A stretch of 55,914 nucleotides of DNA from Trichomonas gallinae (Eukaryota): the NCBI GenBank assembly GCA_008369845.1, contig MRSU01005508.1, forward strand, positions 1 through 55,914, given 5' to 3'. Below the pieces are notes generated by a model, which was not told where the DNA came from, did no database searches, and saw only the letters and a list, made by a program, of their open reading frames with translations. Shown in pieces: positions 1 to 9,711 of the stretch (positions are counted from its first letter, which is position 1; each line of letters begins with the position of its first letter). The position numbers and the translations under genes are program-made.

Positions 1-40
1 TGTAGCGTCGAACCTGACGCGTTTTATAAGCAGGGGCCAT
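1..40 (-). CDS. Probable 5' end of a gene running off the left edge (MAPAYKTRQVRRY...)
   Basis: Minus strand reads ATG GCC CCT GCT TAT AAA ACG CGT CAG GTT CGA CGC TAC with no stop to the edge. GC rises abruptly after an AT-rich leader (ttttaaaattgtcaaaa-ATG) like those before other genes here. Confidence 0.5.
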   Translation of the reverse strand, partial: MAPAYKTRQVRRY

Positions 41-277
41 TTTTGACAATTTTAAAAAATCTGCCGGACTACCTTTATATCATGTAAAATTATTTATTTG
101 ACAGATGATTATAGGGATAAAAGGGTCGACCGACAGACTTAATTAGGATATGACACCTGCTAGATTTTTCATTCATGAGTGGAGCTTTTCTCTGATAATT
201 CTTTGTTTCACAGCTCAATAAAATAAAAAGAATTTTTTCTTATCTATATTTATTTTATTACATGGTAAAATTATACA

Positions 278-964
278 TTAAAAGGCCGATATTGAGTTCT
301 GGCGGCCATTTCTGATAGAAAATGTGCCTACTGATTCTCTTTTGACGTATTTCACGCTTCCGTTGCTTGTTTGTGAGATGTTGTCATTTGATTTGTAAGA
401 TGCTTCAGCATTCTTCTTATGATGTTTCTTATTTGAGATTTCAATCTGTGGCTTCTTCAATGAGTTTTCCTTCTTCTCATCTTCAATTTATTTCTTCTTC
501 GGATTCGTCTTCTTAGAAACGATGTCATTTCTTACGACTTTGCCAACAATGCATTCTGCCTGTTCATCGAAGTAGAACTGGCCAATAGCACAGCCTCTGA
601 GAAGTTTAACACCCATACTTACTCAACTCTTCGAATAAGTCTCGCTCGTTTGCAAAACTTCCGCCAGAAATGAAAACCGAGCCTCTCTCAGAATTCTGCC
701 TCTCTATGTACTCGTAGCCTGTGAGATTTGCGCGGACTAAAATTCCATTGAACTCTTTGTAGTTGACTGCAGTGATTCAATCACTTTAATGGCACCAGAT
801 AATATCCTCATTGTGATATTTGCAAATTGAATGTTTGAAGAATTATGTGTGAACATCTCGATATGAGTAACATCACCTGTGTAGAACTTTAAGAATTGTC
901 CTAACGAAAACGCGTTGACTGCTGGATGTATTCCTATCATATACACAACAATGTCCTGCTGCAT
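278..964 (-). pseudogene. Disrupted RRM-domain RNA-binding protein gene
   Basis: ORFs 737-964 and 278-460 are bridged by coding-like sequence in shifted frames: SVFISGGSFANERDLFEELSKYG / VKLLRGCAIGQFYFDEQAECIV, an RNP2-helix-RNP1-like layout. There are in-frame stops (TAG 737-739, TAA near 489) and frameshifts. Confidence 0.7.
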
Positions 965-1863
965 TTAACAAAAATGAAATCAAAGCAAACCAGTTTTTTT
1001 TCCCTACATTTTTGCCAAAATTTTTGACGATTTTAGCAGAAAATTTTCAATTATTTTTCAATGAATTAGAACTATTTTAATTAAAATCTAATATAATATT
1101 CATGAGAAGACCCAGTATTTCAGTTATAACATATGAAAATCATAATTAAATATAGAAAGAGAATTAAATGTTTCACATTTTATCATAATAAATTCAAAAC
1201 CATGACAATTTCATGATATTTTTCAGAGGGATGGTAATTTATTAACCTTATTTTTCGAGAGAAACATCATTAGGCAAAAGTCGCGTGTGATTTTAAAATA
1301 TAGATCACATTATTATAGTAATCTAGTATACTGCATAAACTATTAAAATAATACATAAATCGGAGAAAATGATAAGGATCTAAATAGTCTAATTTAAGAT
1401 TAAAATTCATCTTCATTAAATCAGTGCCATATCATCACTGTATGTCTATATCAATTGAAAATTTAAAAAGTGAAAATATAATGATAATTCTATATACATA
1501 AACGTTATAATTTTTGCATCCAAGTTAAAAAAAAAACCTTAAAACGAAAATTTTGCTTTGTAAATATTATTATGACAGGTAATGTTTTGAATTTTAAAAT
1601 ATTTGTTATGTAAAATGATGATAATCTGTCATGTAAAGAATGTAATTTAAATTAATCATGAAACAAATCGAATTTTTAAAATATATGTGGTTATGTAAAT
1701 CATAGTATAACTTTTGAATATTTAATTCGATGATATTTCGACGAATATTTAATATTTTGCTGTTTTGAAAGTGAATTCGTAATAATCACATGTATTTCTA
1801 CTAAATATTAAAAGAATTAGGAGAATTTTCTGTCACTTTTTCGAAATTTCCGCAAAATTTTTG

Positions 1864-4083
1864 ATGAATCAAATTCCGCATTTGAATGAAATTCCTAAGC
1901 CAAATTTTATTCAGATGCCTATACCAGACAGACCGATAACTCCGCCTTGTACTCCTGATAAGATCACAGTGCAAAAACGCGGAAGTGCTTCTTCAACGCC
2001 TCCAGATTCACCATCACGCGCGAATTTGCATTCTTCGGACAAAAAAGCACTAAAAACATTGATATCACTCACAAGAAATATTGATAATACAGTTGAAAGA
2101 TTATATTCTTTCTGTGAACATATTTTTAATGAAAAATTCAGTACTTTATTAATTGATTATTTCGAAAAACACGTTACAACATTCAAAGAATTAAATGCTT
2201 TTATAGTTTCTCAAAACAAATTCGAGCAAAGCAAGGCACGAGAATCAACTCCTTCGCCTGTGACTTTTAATCTTACATCGAACATTGGCGCTGTTGATGA
2301 GGAATGGCCAAACCCATTTTCTGATCAATGGCTTGAATCAGCGCAATTTTTTATTAATGGACCAACAAACGAAAAAATGAGCTCGCCAAAGCGTGAAGCA
2401 CTTTCTCTCGACCAAAAGTTACTAAATGCAGATCAAAAACGCCGACAAATCGAAAATGTAAAAAGACTTGAAATCAGGAAACAGACAAATCGCGTTAGAA
2501 GAGTCGTTGAGCGCAGAATACAGCAGAGTCGCGAGGCAGAAGAAGCGATTAAAGAGAAAATCGAAGCAGCAGATCAACGCAGAGAAGAAATTTTAAATCA
2601 AAAAGTCGAAAGAGCAAGAAATGAATCAGAAAAAGCCGTAGAATATAGATACATTGTCGAATTAGAACAAGAAGGAAAGCGAGTTCAGTTAAATAGAAAG
2701 AGTGACGAAATTAAAAAACGCCATGATGAAATGGTTCGCACTTCTCAAGAAAAAGCACGTGAAAGAACACAAGCGAAGACAACTCCGCTAAATTTACGTA
2801 AAAAGAAGATGGCTGTCAAAAAAGGTACAATATCTTTAGCAGATGCTTTGCGCGCTGGCCAACTTCCGGGAGATTTTGCCGAAAATGCTGAACAGGAAGA
2901 TAATTTTGAATATCCGAAACTCCAAGAACCAAAAGAATCACTTAGTCAACATGCAATCGAATCAATTAATAGAATTGAAGCTGATCCAACGGATTCAAAG
3001 AATACAGCACGTTTCCTTAAGCTAGTGTCGGACTATAGATCATCAATAAGCAGCACATCACGCGCAGGACAAGTTTTAATCGGATCTCTCAAAGAACTTA
3101 TTAGAAACAACGTAAATTCAGTTGATACAATGATCAGACACGTGATACAGATTGCAGATACTTCTCTTCCGTTTGCCGTTCGCGTTGGAAGCGAAGCAAT
3201 TTCAGTATTTCCAAGTTTATGCAAGCACACGAATTCTTTAAACGTCATCAAAGAACTTATTACACTGTGGACACGATTATTAGATCCAAGGAATAACCCA
3301 TCTATCAGAGAATTCTTCGCAAATAGACTCGCATCATCCGCAGCATTAGATGGCATCTGTTTCCTTCTCTCCGCGTGCTCAGTCGACGAATTGTCATCAA
3401 ACAAAATTCTCAACGCGCTTATTTCATCGGATATCAGCCTTTTGCAGTGTTTGGCAGATTTTTACTTCACAGGAAACGGCGACACTGTTACTGGCGCAGA
3501 AAGCGTTACAAGAGCAATCGGACCATCGATAATCGACTTCCTGAACGCTATGTCTCTCGACACACAAAAGGCTCCGCACGATTTGATCAACCAGGCGACA
3601 ATAGCACTCGGCACTTTTGTTGCTGGAATCAGTGGAGCGGCAGAAGCACTCATTGACGAGAATATAGCAGCTGAAGTCAATTCAGTGATGAGAGCTTTCT
3701 TGTCAGGTTCTTCTCCTACGACAGCTGGAAGACAGCTAATAGTATTGTTCGGCTTGTTATGCAAAGAGAGTTCGACAGTCAGAGAATCATGTCTCTGGCT
3801 GCCCGCACCAACAGTTTTAGACCTTCTTTGCGGACTTCCTCTTGAATTCTTCATCAAGAAAGATGGAGCGGCAGTTTTATTGCCGACAATTGCTGCTTGC
3901 TGCTACGGAAATGAGGAGAACATGAAGTATATATTGTCAAGTGCGCACGTGAATGGCTCTCTCATCGCGAAATTCCTATCTAGAGCGACACCAATAGCAA
4001 ACAGCATTATCTCAATAGAGCATAGAGTTTCACCAGAAGCAATTAACGCTTTAGTAGAAAGATTCAACAATGAATCTAAATAA
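1864..4083 (+). CDS. SCAPER: SCAPER-like protein (S-phase cyclin A-associated protein in the ER), compact form
   Basis: Three SCAPER-like blocks in order: N-terminal LTRNIDNTVERLYSFCE; EKMSSP followed by a charged coiled coil (KVERARNESEKAVEYRYIVELEQEGKR); C-terminal PTVLDLLCGLPLEFF...VLLPTIAACCYGNEEN. First ATG is at 1864. Confidence 0.75.
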   Translation: MNQIPHLNEIPKPNFIQMPIPDRPITPPCTPDKITVQKRGSASSTPPDSPSRANLHSSDKKALKTLISLTRNIDNTVERLYSFCEHIFNEKFSTLLIDYFEKHVTTFKELNAFIVSQNKFEQSKARESTPSPVTFNLTSNIGAVDEEWPNPFSDQWLESAQFFINGPTNEKMSSPKREALSLDQKLLNADQKRRQIENVKRLEIRKQTNRVRRVVERRIQQSREAEEAIKEKIEAADQRREEILNQKVERARNESEKAVEYRYIVELEQEGKRVQLNRKSDEIKKRHDEMVRTSQEKARERTQAKTTPLNLRKKKMAVKKGTISLADALRAGQLPGDFAENAEQEDNFEYPKLQEPKESLSQHAIESINRIEADPTDSKNTARFLKLVSDYRSSISSTSRAGQVLIGSLKELIRNNVNSVDTMIRHVIQIADTSLPFAVRVGSEAISVFPSLCKHTNSLNVIKELITLWTRLLDPRNNPSIREFFANRLASSAALDGICFLLSACSVDELSSNKILNALISSDISLLQCLADFYFTGNGDTVTGAESVTRAIGPSIIDFLNAMSLDTQKAPHDLINQATIALGTFVAGISGAAEALIDENIAAEVNSVMRAFLSGSSPTTAGRQLIVLFGLLCKESSTVRESCLWLPAPTVLDLLCGLPLEFFIKKDGAAVLLPTIAACCYGNEENMKYILSSAHVNGSLIAKFLSRATPIANSIISIEHRVSPEAINALVERFNNESK

Positions 4084-4424
4084 AAACATAGGTACTGTTA
4101 TGTATATATAAAAAATCCTATCTTTTTCTAATTTTATTTTATATTTCATCATAAAAAACGACATCAGAAGCTGATGAGGTAGATGTATTCATTTTGATGT
4201 GTTTTTGTCTTTGATGCGTTAGATACAACTTTTATCTTGATATTTTAGAGTTGACAGTTTGTTTTTTTATCAAATAGGATTTTTACTGAAAATGTATTGG
4301 GAATAATGAATTTAATTGGATGAATTCCAATATTATACATTTAGTTCCCAAAATATATATTGCAGCATGTCATATGACAATTTTATGAATGGAATTAAAT
4401 TAACAATGATAATATAATCGAATA

Positions 4425-4790
4425 TATATATATCCACATTGAAAAATTTATTTACATTATGCTACAGAAAATATTATGATTATCATGGTATAATAAATGC
4501 TTCAGATTATAAATTTCATAATTGAATGTATGAACGAATGTTTATTACGTGGTCATTGAAAGATTCACTTTAATTATATTGAAGAATATAATACATGAGT
4601 CTTATAGTATAATAAGTGGTTCACACTAAAAAAAATTAATCAAATGCATGTCCATGGACAAATTTATATATGCGTACATAGATAAATTTACTTCAATGAT
4701 GTCACAGATTATAATGCAGTAGTATCATATTATAATAAGTGGTTCATATAATAAATCATTTAATCGAATACATAGACTGATTTTAATTGA
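4425..4790. repeat. Degenerate ~120-bp tandem repeat, 3 copies
   Basis: Anchor TATAATAA(A/G)TG(C/G)TTCA at 4489, 4608 and 4731. The upstream segments also align (cattgaaaaatttattt / cattgaaagattcactt / catagataaatttactt). Confidence 0.65.
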
Positions 4791-5017
4791 TGAAACATGC
4801 TATTTAGGATATGGCGAATACTATAATATCGTTAGAATGCGATTTCGGAGGTTAAATGCACGACCATAATTATCCACTTTTTGAAATTGCTCACACAAAT
4901 AACCGTAAAAATTCCATTCAATTATCAAATCGAGGTTAATCTTAAAACACCCAGAAATGATTTTTAATCGAATATTGCGAAAATTCGCAAAATTATTATT
5001 AATCATCTCATTTTTCG

Positions 5018-5512
5018 ATGTTGAGACACTTAAGCATTCGTCCAGCGAGATTCTCTGATGGAGATTTTGTTAAACTACAGATAAAGAAGCTTGCTGTATT
5101 AGCAGAGGGCTTCAAGAACATTCCTGATATAAAAGGCGTTGATGAAACCTGGAAAAAAATTATAGATGATCCATCAAAATCTAAGGTATTCATTGCTGAA
5201 GAGAAGGGAAAGCCTGTTGGCGCAGCTGTTTGTTCTTTTACATATCAATTGCATCGCGGTGGAGAGGTTTTATATATTCAGGAACTCTCCGTTGATGATT
5301 CAGCTAGAGAATTAGGTGTTGGAAAAGCTTTATTGAATGAAATAGAAGATTATTCTAAGAAGAATGGAATTGTTGCAATTGATTTGACACAGCCACCGCC
5401 AGGAAGCGGCTATGATGAAATTCGTAATAAATTCTACGAGAAGAACGGATACAATCTAACAGGAATGGGCAGAACCAAAGAATTTGTCCACAATTTTATT
5501 TTAAATGAGTAA
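5018..5512 (+). CDS. GNAT-family N-acetyltransferase (PhnO/GNA1-like), possible organellar presequence
   Basis: IRPA near the N-terminus, VFIAEEKGKPVG, motif A IQELSVDDSARELGVGKALL, motif B FYEKNGY. Tandem Inr-like TCATCTCATTT lies just upstream of the ATG. Confidence 0.9.
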   Translation: MLRHLSIRPARFSDGDFVKLQIKKLAVLAEGFKNIPDIKGVDETWKKIIDDPSKSKVFIAEEKGKPVGAAVCSFTYQLHRGGEVLYIQELSVDDSARELGVGKALLNEIEDYSKKNGIVAIDLTQPPPGSGYDEIRNKFYEKNGYNLTGMGRTKEFVHNFILNE

Positions 5513-6246
5513 TCTATCCTTTAAACATTACTATCATTCACATAATCACAAAAATATATCATACCTTTTCTATAAAGTAAACATAAGATTAATTTTAATT
5601 TTTTGAATTTAAATATTTCCATATTTCTGCAAATTTCAGTTTAGAATATGCTAAATAGGTGATGCTTGATTTGTAATATTCTCCAATTTTGACAATAACT
5701 TTAAAATATTTTTTTGACAATAAAATAATATTTGTCATGTAAATTTTGGATTAATTTTTAACCTTATAATCCCGACATGAAATTTGAATCAAAAAATAAC
5801 AATATAGAGTCATTTTTATCAAGAATTAATTAGATCACTAAGTCTATCGTGAGTAGTAGGCTCTATGTTATTAATGGTTTTTAGTTAAGGATGGTTTTTT
5901 TGGGTAAGTCAAAACAGATATAGGATTAAAATTTATTTTCCATAGAAACCATGCATTAAAAAAAAACTTATATTTTGAATTTGGTAGAAAGCATAAAAAT
6001 ATAAAGCTAATTACTCTTATTCATTTTTTTCGATGAATATAGAATATTATTTAAACAAATAATCCATATTTCAAAACAGAAGATAATTTTATTTTTTTTG
6101 ACACACTTTTTCATCTTTGGGTCGTTATTTTTTAATCTATGCGTATAAAAGCCCAAGAAGTCGTTATATGAAGTTTTTCAAAAATTAATGACACTTTTTA
6201 TAATGATTTTTGAAAAACTTGATTTTTCAATTTTAATAAAATTTAG

Positions 6247-7305
6247 ATGCTTATTTCCTTGTTTATTTCTACCTGTTTATGCCAAATACAGCGCATGGCA
6301 TTGGAAGATTTAGACTATGGCAAAGCAACACGTACCGAAACAGAAACGGAAATTCTTAAATACACATTAACAAAATCAGACAACAAAGATACGCTCACTA
6401 TAGTCTATTCAAATACAATCACACAAGTAGAATTAGTACCAGAGTATTCATACTTTAAGTTAAATGAGAACGAAAAACTTCATTTAAGGCCATATGTGAT
6501 TCCAGGCGTCCTCTTTGTACTTTTACTTTTGGCAGGATATTTCGCTTCATTATGTTATGGCGGAACCTATGGTAAGGTGAATATTACGCAACAAAATTTC
6601 GGCGCTTTGATTGATGATCAAAATGGCCGAGCAAAAACTAAGGCAAATCGTAGGAGAGCACACACATTCGCTGGAGCCCCAAGGAGCCATCACAGTCACC
6701 GCTCTAGCCATCACTCAAGCCATCATTCAAGTCATCATTCATCAAATCGCTCAAGACACAATTCTTCAAGGCACGGCCACCACTCTAGGAGGAGGGCAAT
6801 GACACGTCGCGAGCCTGAGGACAATGTCGACTTCTCGTTCTCAGGAGCTCCAGTAATTAACAGGATGAGAAGATCAAATACAACATATGATGCCGGAAAA
6901 GGCAAGAAGAGCATGGTCTTAGGCGGTGACGAAGAAACAGAAGATAGGTTCGATATTACGACTGGCAATGAAAAAAGCAGAGAAGCGCCAGTCTCTCAGC
7001 CTGCTGCTTTGGATCTTTCAACATCATCAGATTCTGGCGCTGATGATGACAGCAGCTCAGATTCAAGTTCTTCAACACCACAGAATAAGCGAAACCGCCG
7101 CAACACAGTTGCTGCAGGCAAGAACAAGAAGCCAGCAAGCCGCCGCGCATCATTTGGTGGAAAGAGCCGTAGCTTGTCGATGAGATCTCCAAAAGGCGGC
7201 CAAAATGATTCATCAAATCACTCCAATGATTCTCGCGGAAGAGGTGGCGGAAAATACAAGAAATCAAGCTCAACAAGCTCTGATAATGACTTTGATTTAT
7301 CTTAA
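6247..7305 (+). CDS. Single-pass membrane protein with short ectodomain and long His/Ser/Arg-rich low-complexity tail
   Basis: Short signal peptide MLISLFISTCLC, TM segment VIPGVLFVLLLLAGYFASLCY, HHSS repeats and Ser/Asp tracts in a 352-aa ORF. Confidence 0.85.
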   Translation: MLISLFISTCLCQIQRMALEDLDYGKATRTETETEILKYTLTKSDNKDTLTIVYSNTITQVELVPEYSYFKLNENEKLHLRPYVIPGVLFVLLLLAGYFASLCYGGTYGKVNITQQNFGALIDDQNGRAKTKANRRRAHTFAGAPRSHHSHRSSHHSSHHSSHHSSNRSRHNSSRHGHHSRRRAMTRREPEDNVDFSFSGAPVINRMRRSNTTYDAGKGKKSMVLGGDEETEDRFDITTGNEKSREAPVSQPAALDLSTSSDSGADDDSSSDSSSSTPQNKRNRRNTVAAGKNKKPASRRASFGGKSRSLSMRSPKGGQNDSSNHSNDSRGRGGGKYKKSSSTSSDNDFDLS

Positions 7306-7537
7306 ACATATTGTTTTTAATAGTAACAAGAAAACCAACAATAATTTCATCTCTAAAAGAGTTTTTTTTATCTTAAAGCATAATTAAAATGACTAGATTT
7401 AGAAAAAAATATTTGATTAATCGAAAAAATAAGAGATTTCGTTGATTTGAGATGAAAATTATGATCAGGGAAGATTTCCCTTTTCGGAGATAATCTTTAT
7501 TTTGAAAAATATCGGATTTCGCAACAGAAAAAAAAGA

Positions 7538-8350
7538 ATGAGTACTTCTGATTGTTTGCTGCATATTTCTAACCTACCTGATAATGTTGAGGAAGAATTT
7601 TTGAAATCAACATTCGAATCATGCGGCAATATATTAAAAATAGTCATGAAAAAACGCAGTTTTTCGAATATTGCAATTATTCAATACGAAAATGCAGAAT
7701 CTGTAAGAAAAGCTATATCAACTTTTAACTATAACACGCTTTCTGGCAAGCAATTAGTCCTAACATCATGCGATAGAGATACAGTAAATTCAATTCGACA
7801 AGGAATGTCATCTATACAAGTTTCGAACTTACCAGAAGGTATAAATTCAGTCCAGCTTGCTGAAGTATTCAGTAATTTTGGCGAAGTCATTACAGTTAAA
7901 GTAGCTGAAAGTGATCTTAAGAAAGGAGTTGCTTTCATTCAATTTAAGAACAGAAATGATGCCTTTAATGCAAGAGAGCAGCTAGAAAACGCGACTCTTG
8001 GCGAAAATGAGATTCAATTAGAAGAATATTATCCAAGATTAAGAATAGATCCAACAGAAAACAAAATGGCCGAAGATAAGACATATACAGACATATTTAT
8101 TAAAGGATTACCACCTATAATCAAGACACCTGCTGATTTAGGCGCTTTATTACTAGAATTCGGCGAATTGGAAGGCTGCAGACTGATAGATGGCGAAGAT
8201 TGTGCAATAGCACGCATGAAAACACACGAAATGGCTGAAAATGTTGTTAAAAATATGACAGGAAGAACAATGGCTGGAAGAATTCTCACAGCTTTTCGTG
8301 TTCTTTCAAAAGCAGAGCGTCATGCTTACAATCTTAGAGAGCATCATTGA
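7538..8350 (+). CDS. Three-RRM RNA-binding protein (PABP-like RRM array)
   Basis: RNP2/RNP1 motifs LHISNL..IAIIQY, IQVSNL..KGVAFIQF and IFIKGL..CAIARM. First ATG is at 7538. Confidence 0.9.
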   Translation: MSTSDCLLHISNLPDNVEEEFLKSTFESCGNILKIVMKKRSFSNIAIIQYENAESVRKAISTFNYNTLSGKQLVLTSCDRDTVNSIRQGMSSIQVSNLPEGINSVQLAEVFSNFGEVITVKVAESDLKKGVAFIQFKNRNDAFNAREQLENATLGENEIQLEEYYPRLRIDPTENKMAEDKTYTDIFIKGLPPIIKTPADLGALLLEFGELEGCRLIDGEDCAIARMKTHEMAENVVKNMTGRTMAGRILTAFRVLSKAERHAYNLREHH

Positions 8351-8842
8351 TAATTAATCAATTTCGTATATTGTTTTATATTGTTATATTTCATATGTCA
8401 AAATAAAAGATGATGTCATCCTTATAGTTAAAATCAACATACCCAGGCAAACTTATAACGTTTTCTACAGTGATTTTTTATATTGCAGCTAAACTTTTTT
8501 TATTGAAAAAATAAAATATAATCAAAAATGAAGCTCACAATTAAATTTATTTAAAATGACCAAAAACTAAAATAATTATAATATTCACACTTATTAATAA
8601 CATATTTTTTTTTCAATCAAAAAATATAATTTGGTTTTATAGCCTTTTGTATATAATAAATAGATAGACCAGAATTATCTAACCCTTTTGCAGCAAAGAT
8701 ATGATCAATAAAGCAAATTCATTTTCGATAATTTTCATTAAAAAGATAAATAAATCAATATTTTATAATTATAGCTTATAGAATATCCAAATTTATTAAA
8801 AATTTGATGATTTTTAATTCACCGCTGAAGGAAAAAAATTTT

Positions 8843-9565
8843 ATGGTAAGGTGCAAATGTAGTTGGCCGATAATTCATCCTTCAGAAGAACAAGAAGTCA
8901 TGACAAAAGGATTTATTGCATTCAACATCATCCAATTCATCGCGATTACGATTCTTTGCTCAATTTCCATAAATAAAGTTGCAAAAACTAACATTACGTC
9001 TTTCTTCCCTGTCGATTTGGAAACTTTGTTTATTGCCATTATATTCCTTGCAATTATTTTGCTTGTCGTCGGCTGGTCATCCGCCCGACATAATAATACT
9101 TGCACATGGTCAGTTTTTCACACATTTAACTCAATTATGCTTATCGTTGAAATCATTGTTTGCTTGATGAGCTCCAATCTCGCAGGGTTTACAAAAAGTT
9201 TTTCAGCAGAATGGAAAAAAGCCGACACAATAACTAAATATGAAATTCAGTTAGATCTTCGTTGCTGTGGCTTGGAGAATATCACCTCAGAACAAATTTC
9301 TCCATGTCCACAAGGTGCCACAGAAGGATGCTTAGAGCAAATCATTGTTATGATGACGACAATCAGAAACGCAGCCTCAATAGCTATGTTTGTCTGCTTC
9401 ACTTTTGGTTTATTCATCGATTTTCTTGGATGTGCAATTTGCTTCCATCCGGATGTCATCAATTTTGAGGATCACGAAAAGGAGCTCGCAAAGTCAGAAG
9501 GTGCTTTCGATATAGATTCGTTCGAAAATCCGTTTATTGCAGAAATTCAAGCTATTAATATTTAA
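8843..9565 (+). CDS. Tetraspanin-family protein
   Basis: Four hydrophobic segments and a large extracellular loop with CCG, PC and GC motifs. Likely ATG at 8843 after an AAAAAATTTT leader. Confidence 0.9.
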   Translation: MVRCKCSWPIIHPSEEQEVMTKGFIAFNIIQFIAITILCSISINKVAKTNITSFFPVDLETLFIAIIFLAIILLVVGWSSARHNNTCTWSVFHTFNSIMLIVEIIVCLMSSNLAGFTKSFSAEWKKADTITKYEIQLDLRCCGLENITSEQISPCPQGATEGCLEQIIVMMTTIRNAASIAMFVCFTFGLFIDFLGCAICFHPDVINFEDHEKELAKSEGAFDIDSFENPFIAEIQAINI

Positions 9566-9711
9566 TTTTATAACCGATTTAGTCTTTCTTTTTATGTAAT
9601 AAATCATTAATGTCTATTGTTTTAAGTTGCTGATTGAATCAGCTTTAAATATTTTAAGAGTAATAATAAAATAATAAAGATTTAATAAATAAGAAAGAGT
9701 TTGATAAAATT

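Noticed and set aside
4154..4206. CTGATGA (hammerhead core / C box) inside a ~15-bp hairpin 3' of SCAPER
   Set aside because: No stem II followed by GAAA and no nearby D box. The stem is mostly A-T/G-T pairs, expected by chance in AT-rich DNA.
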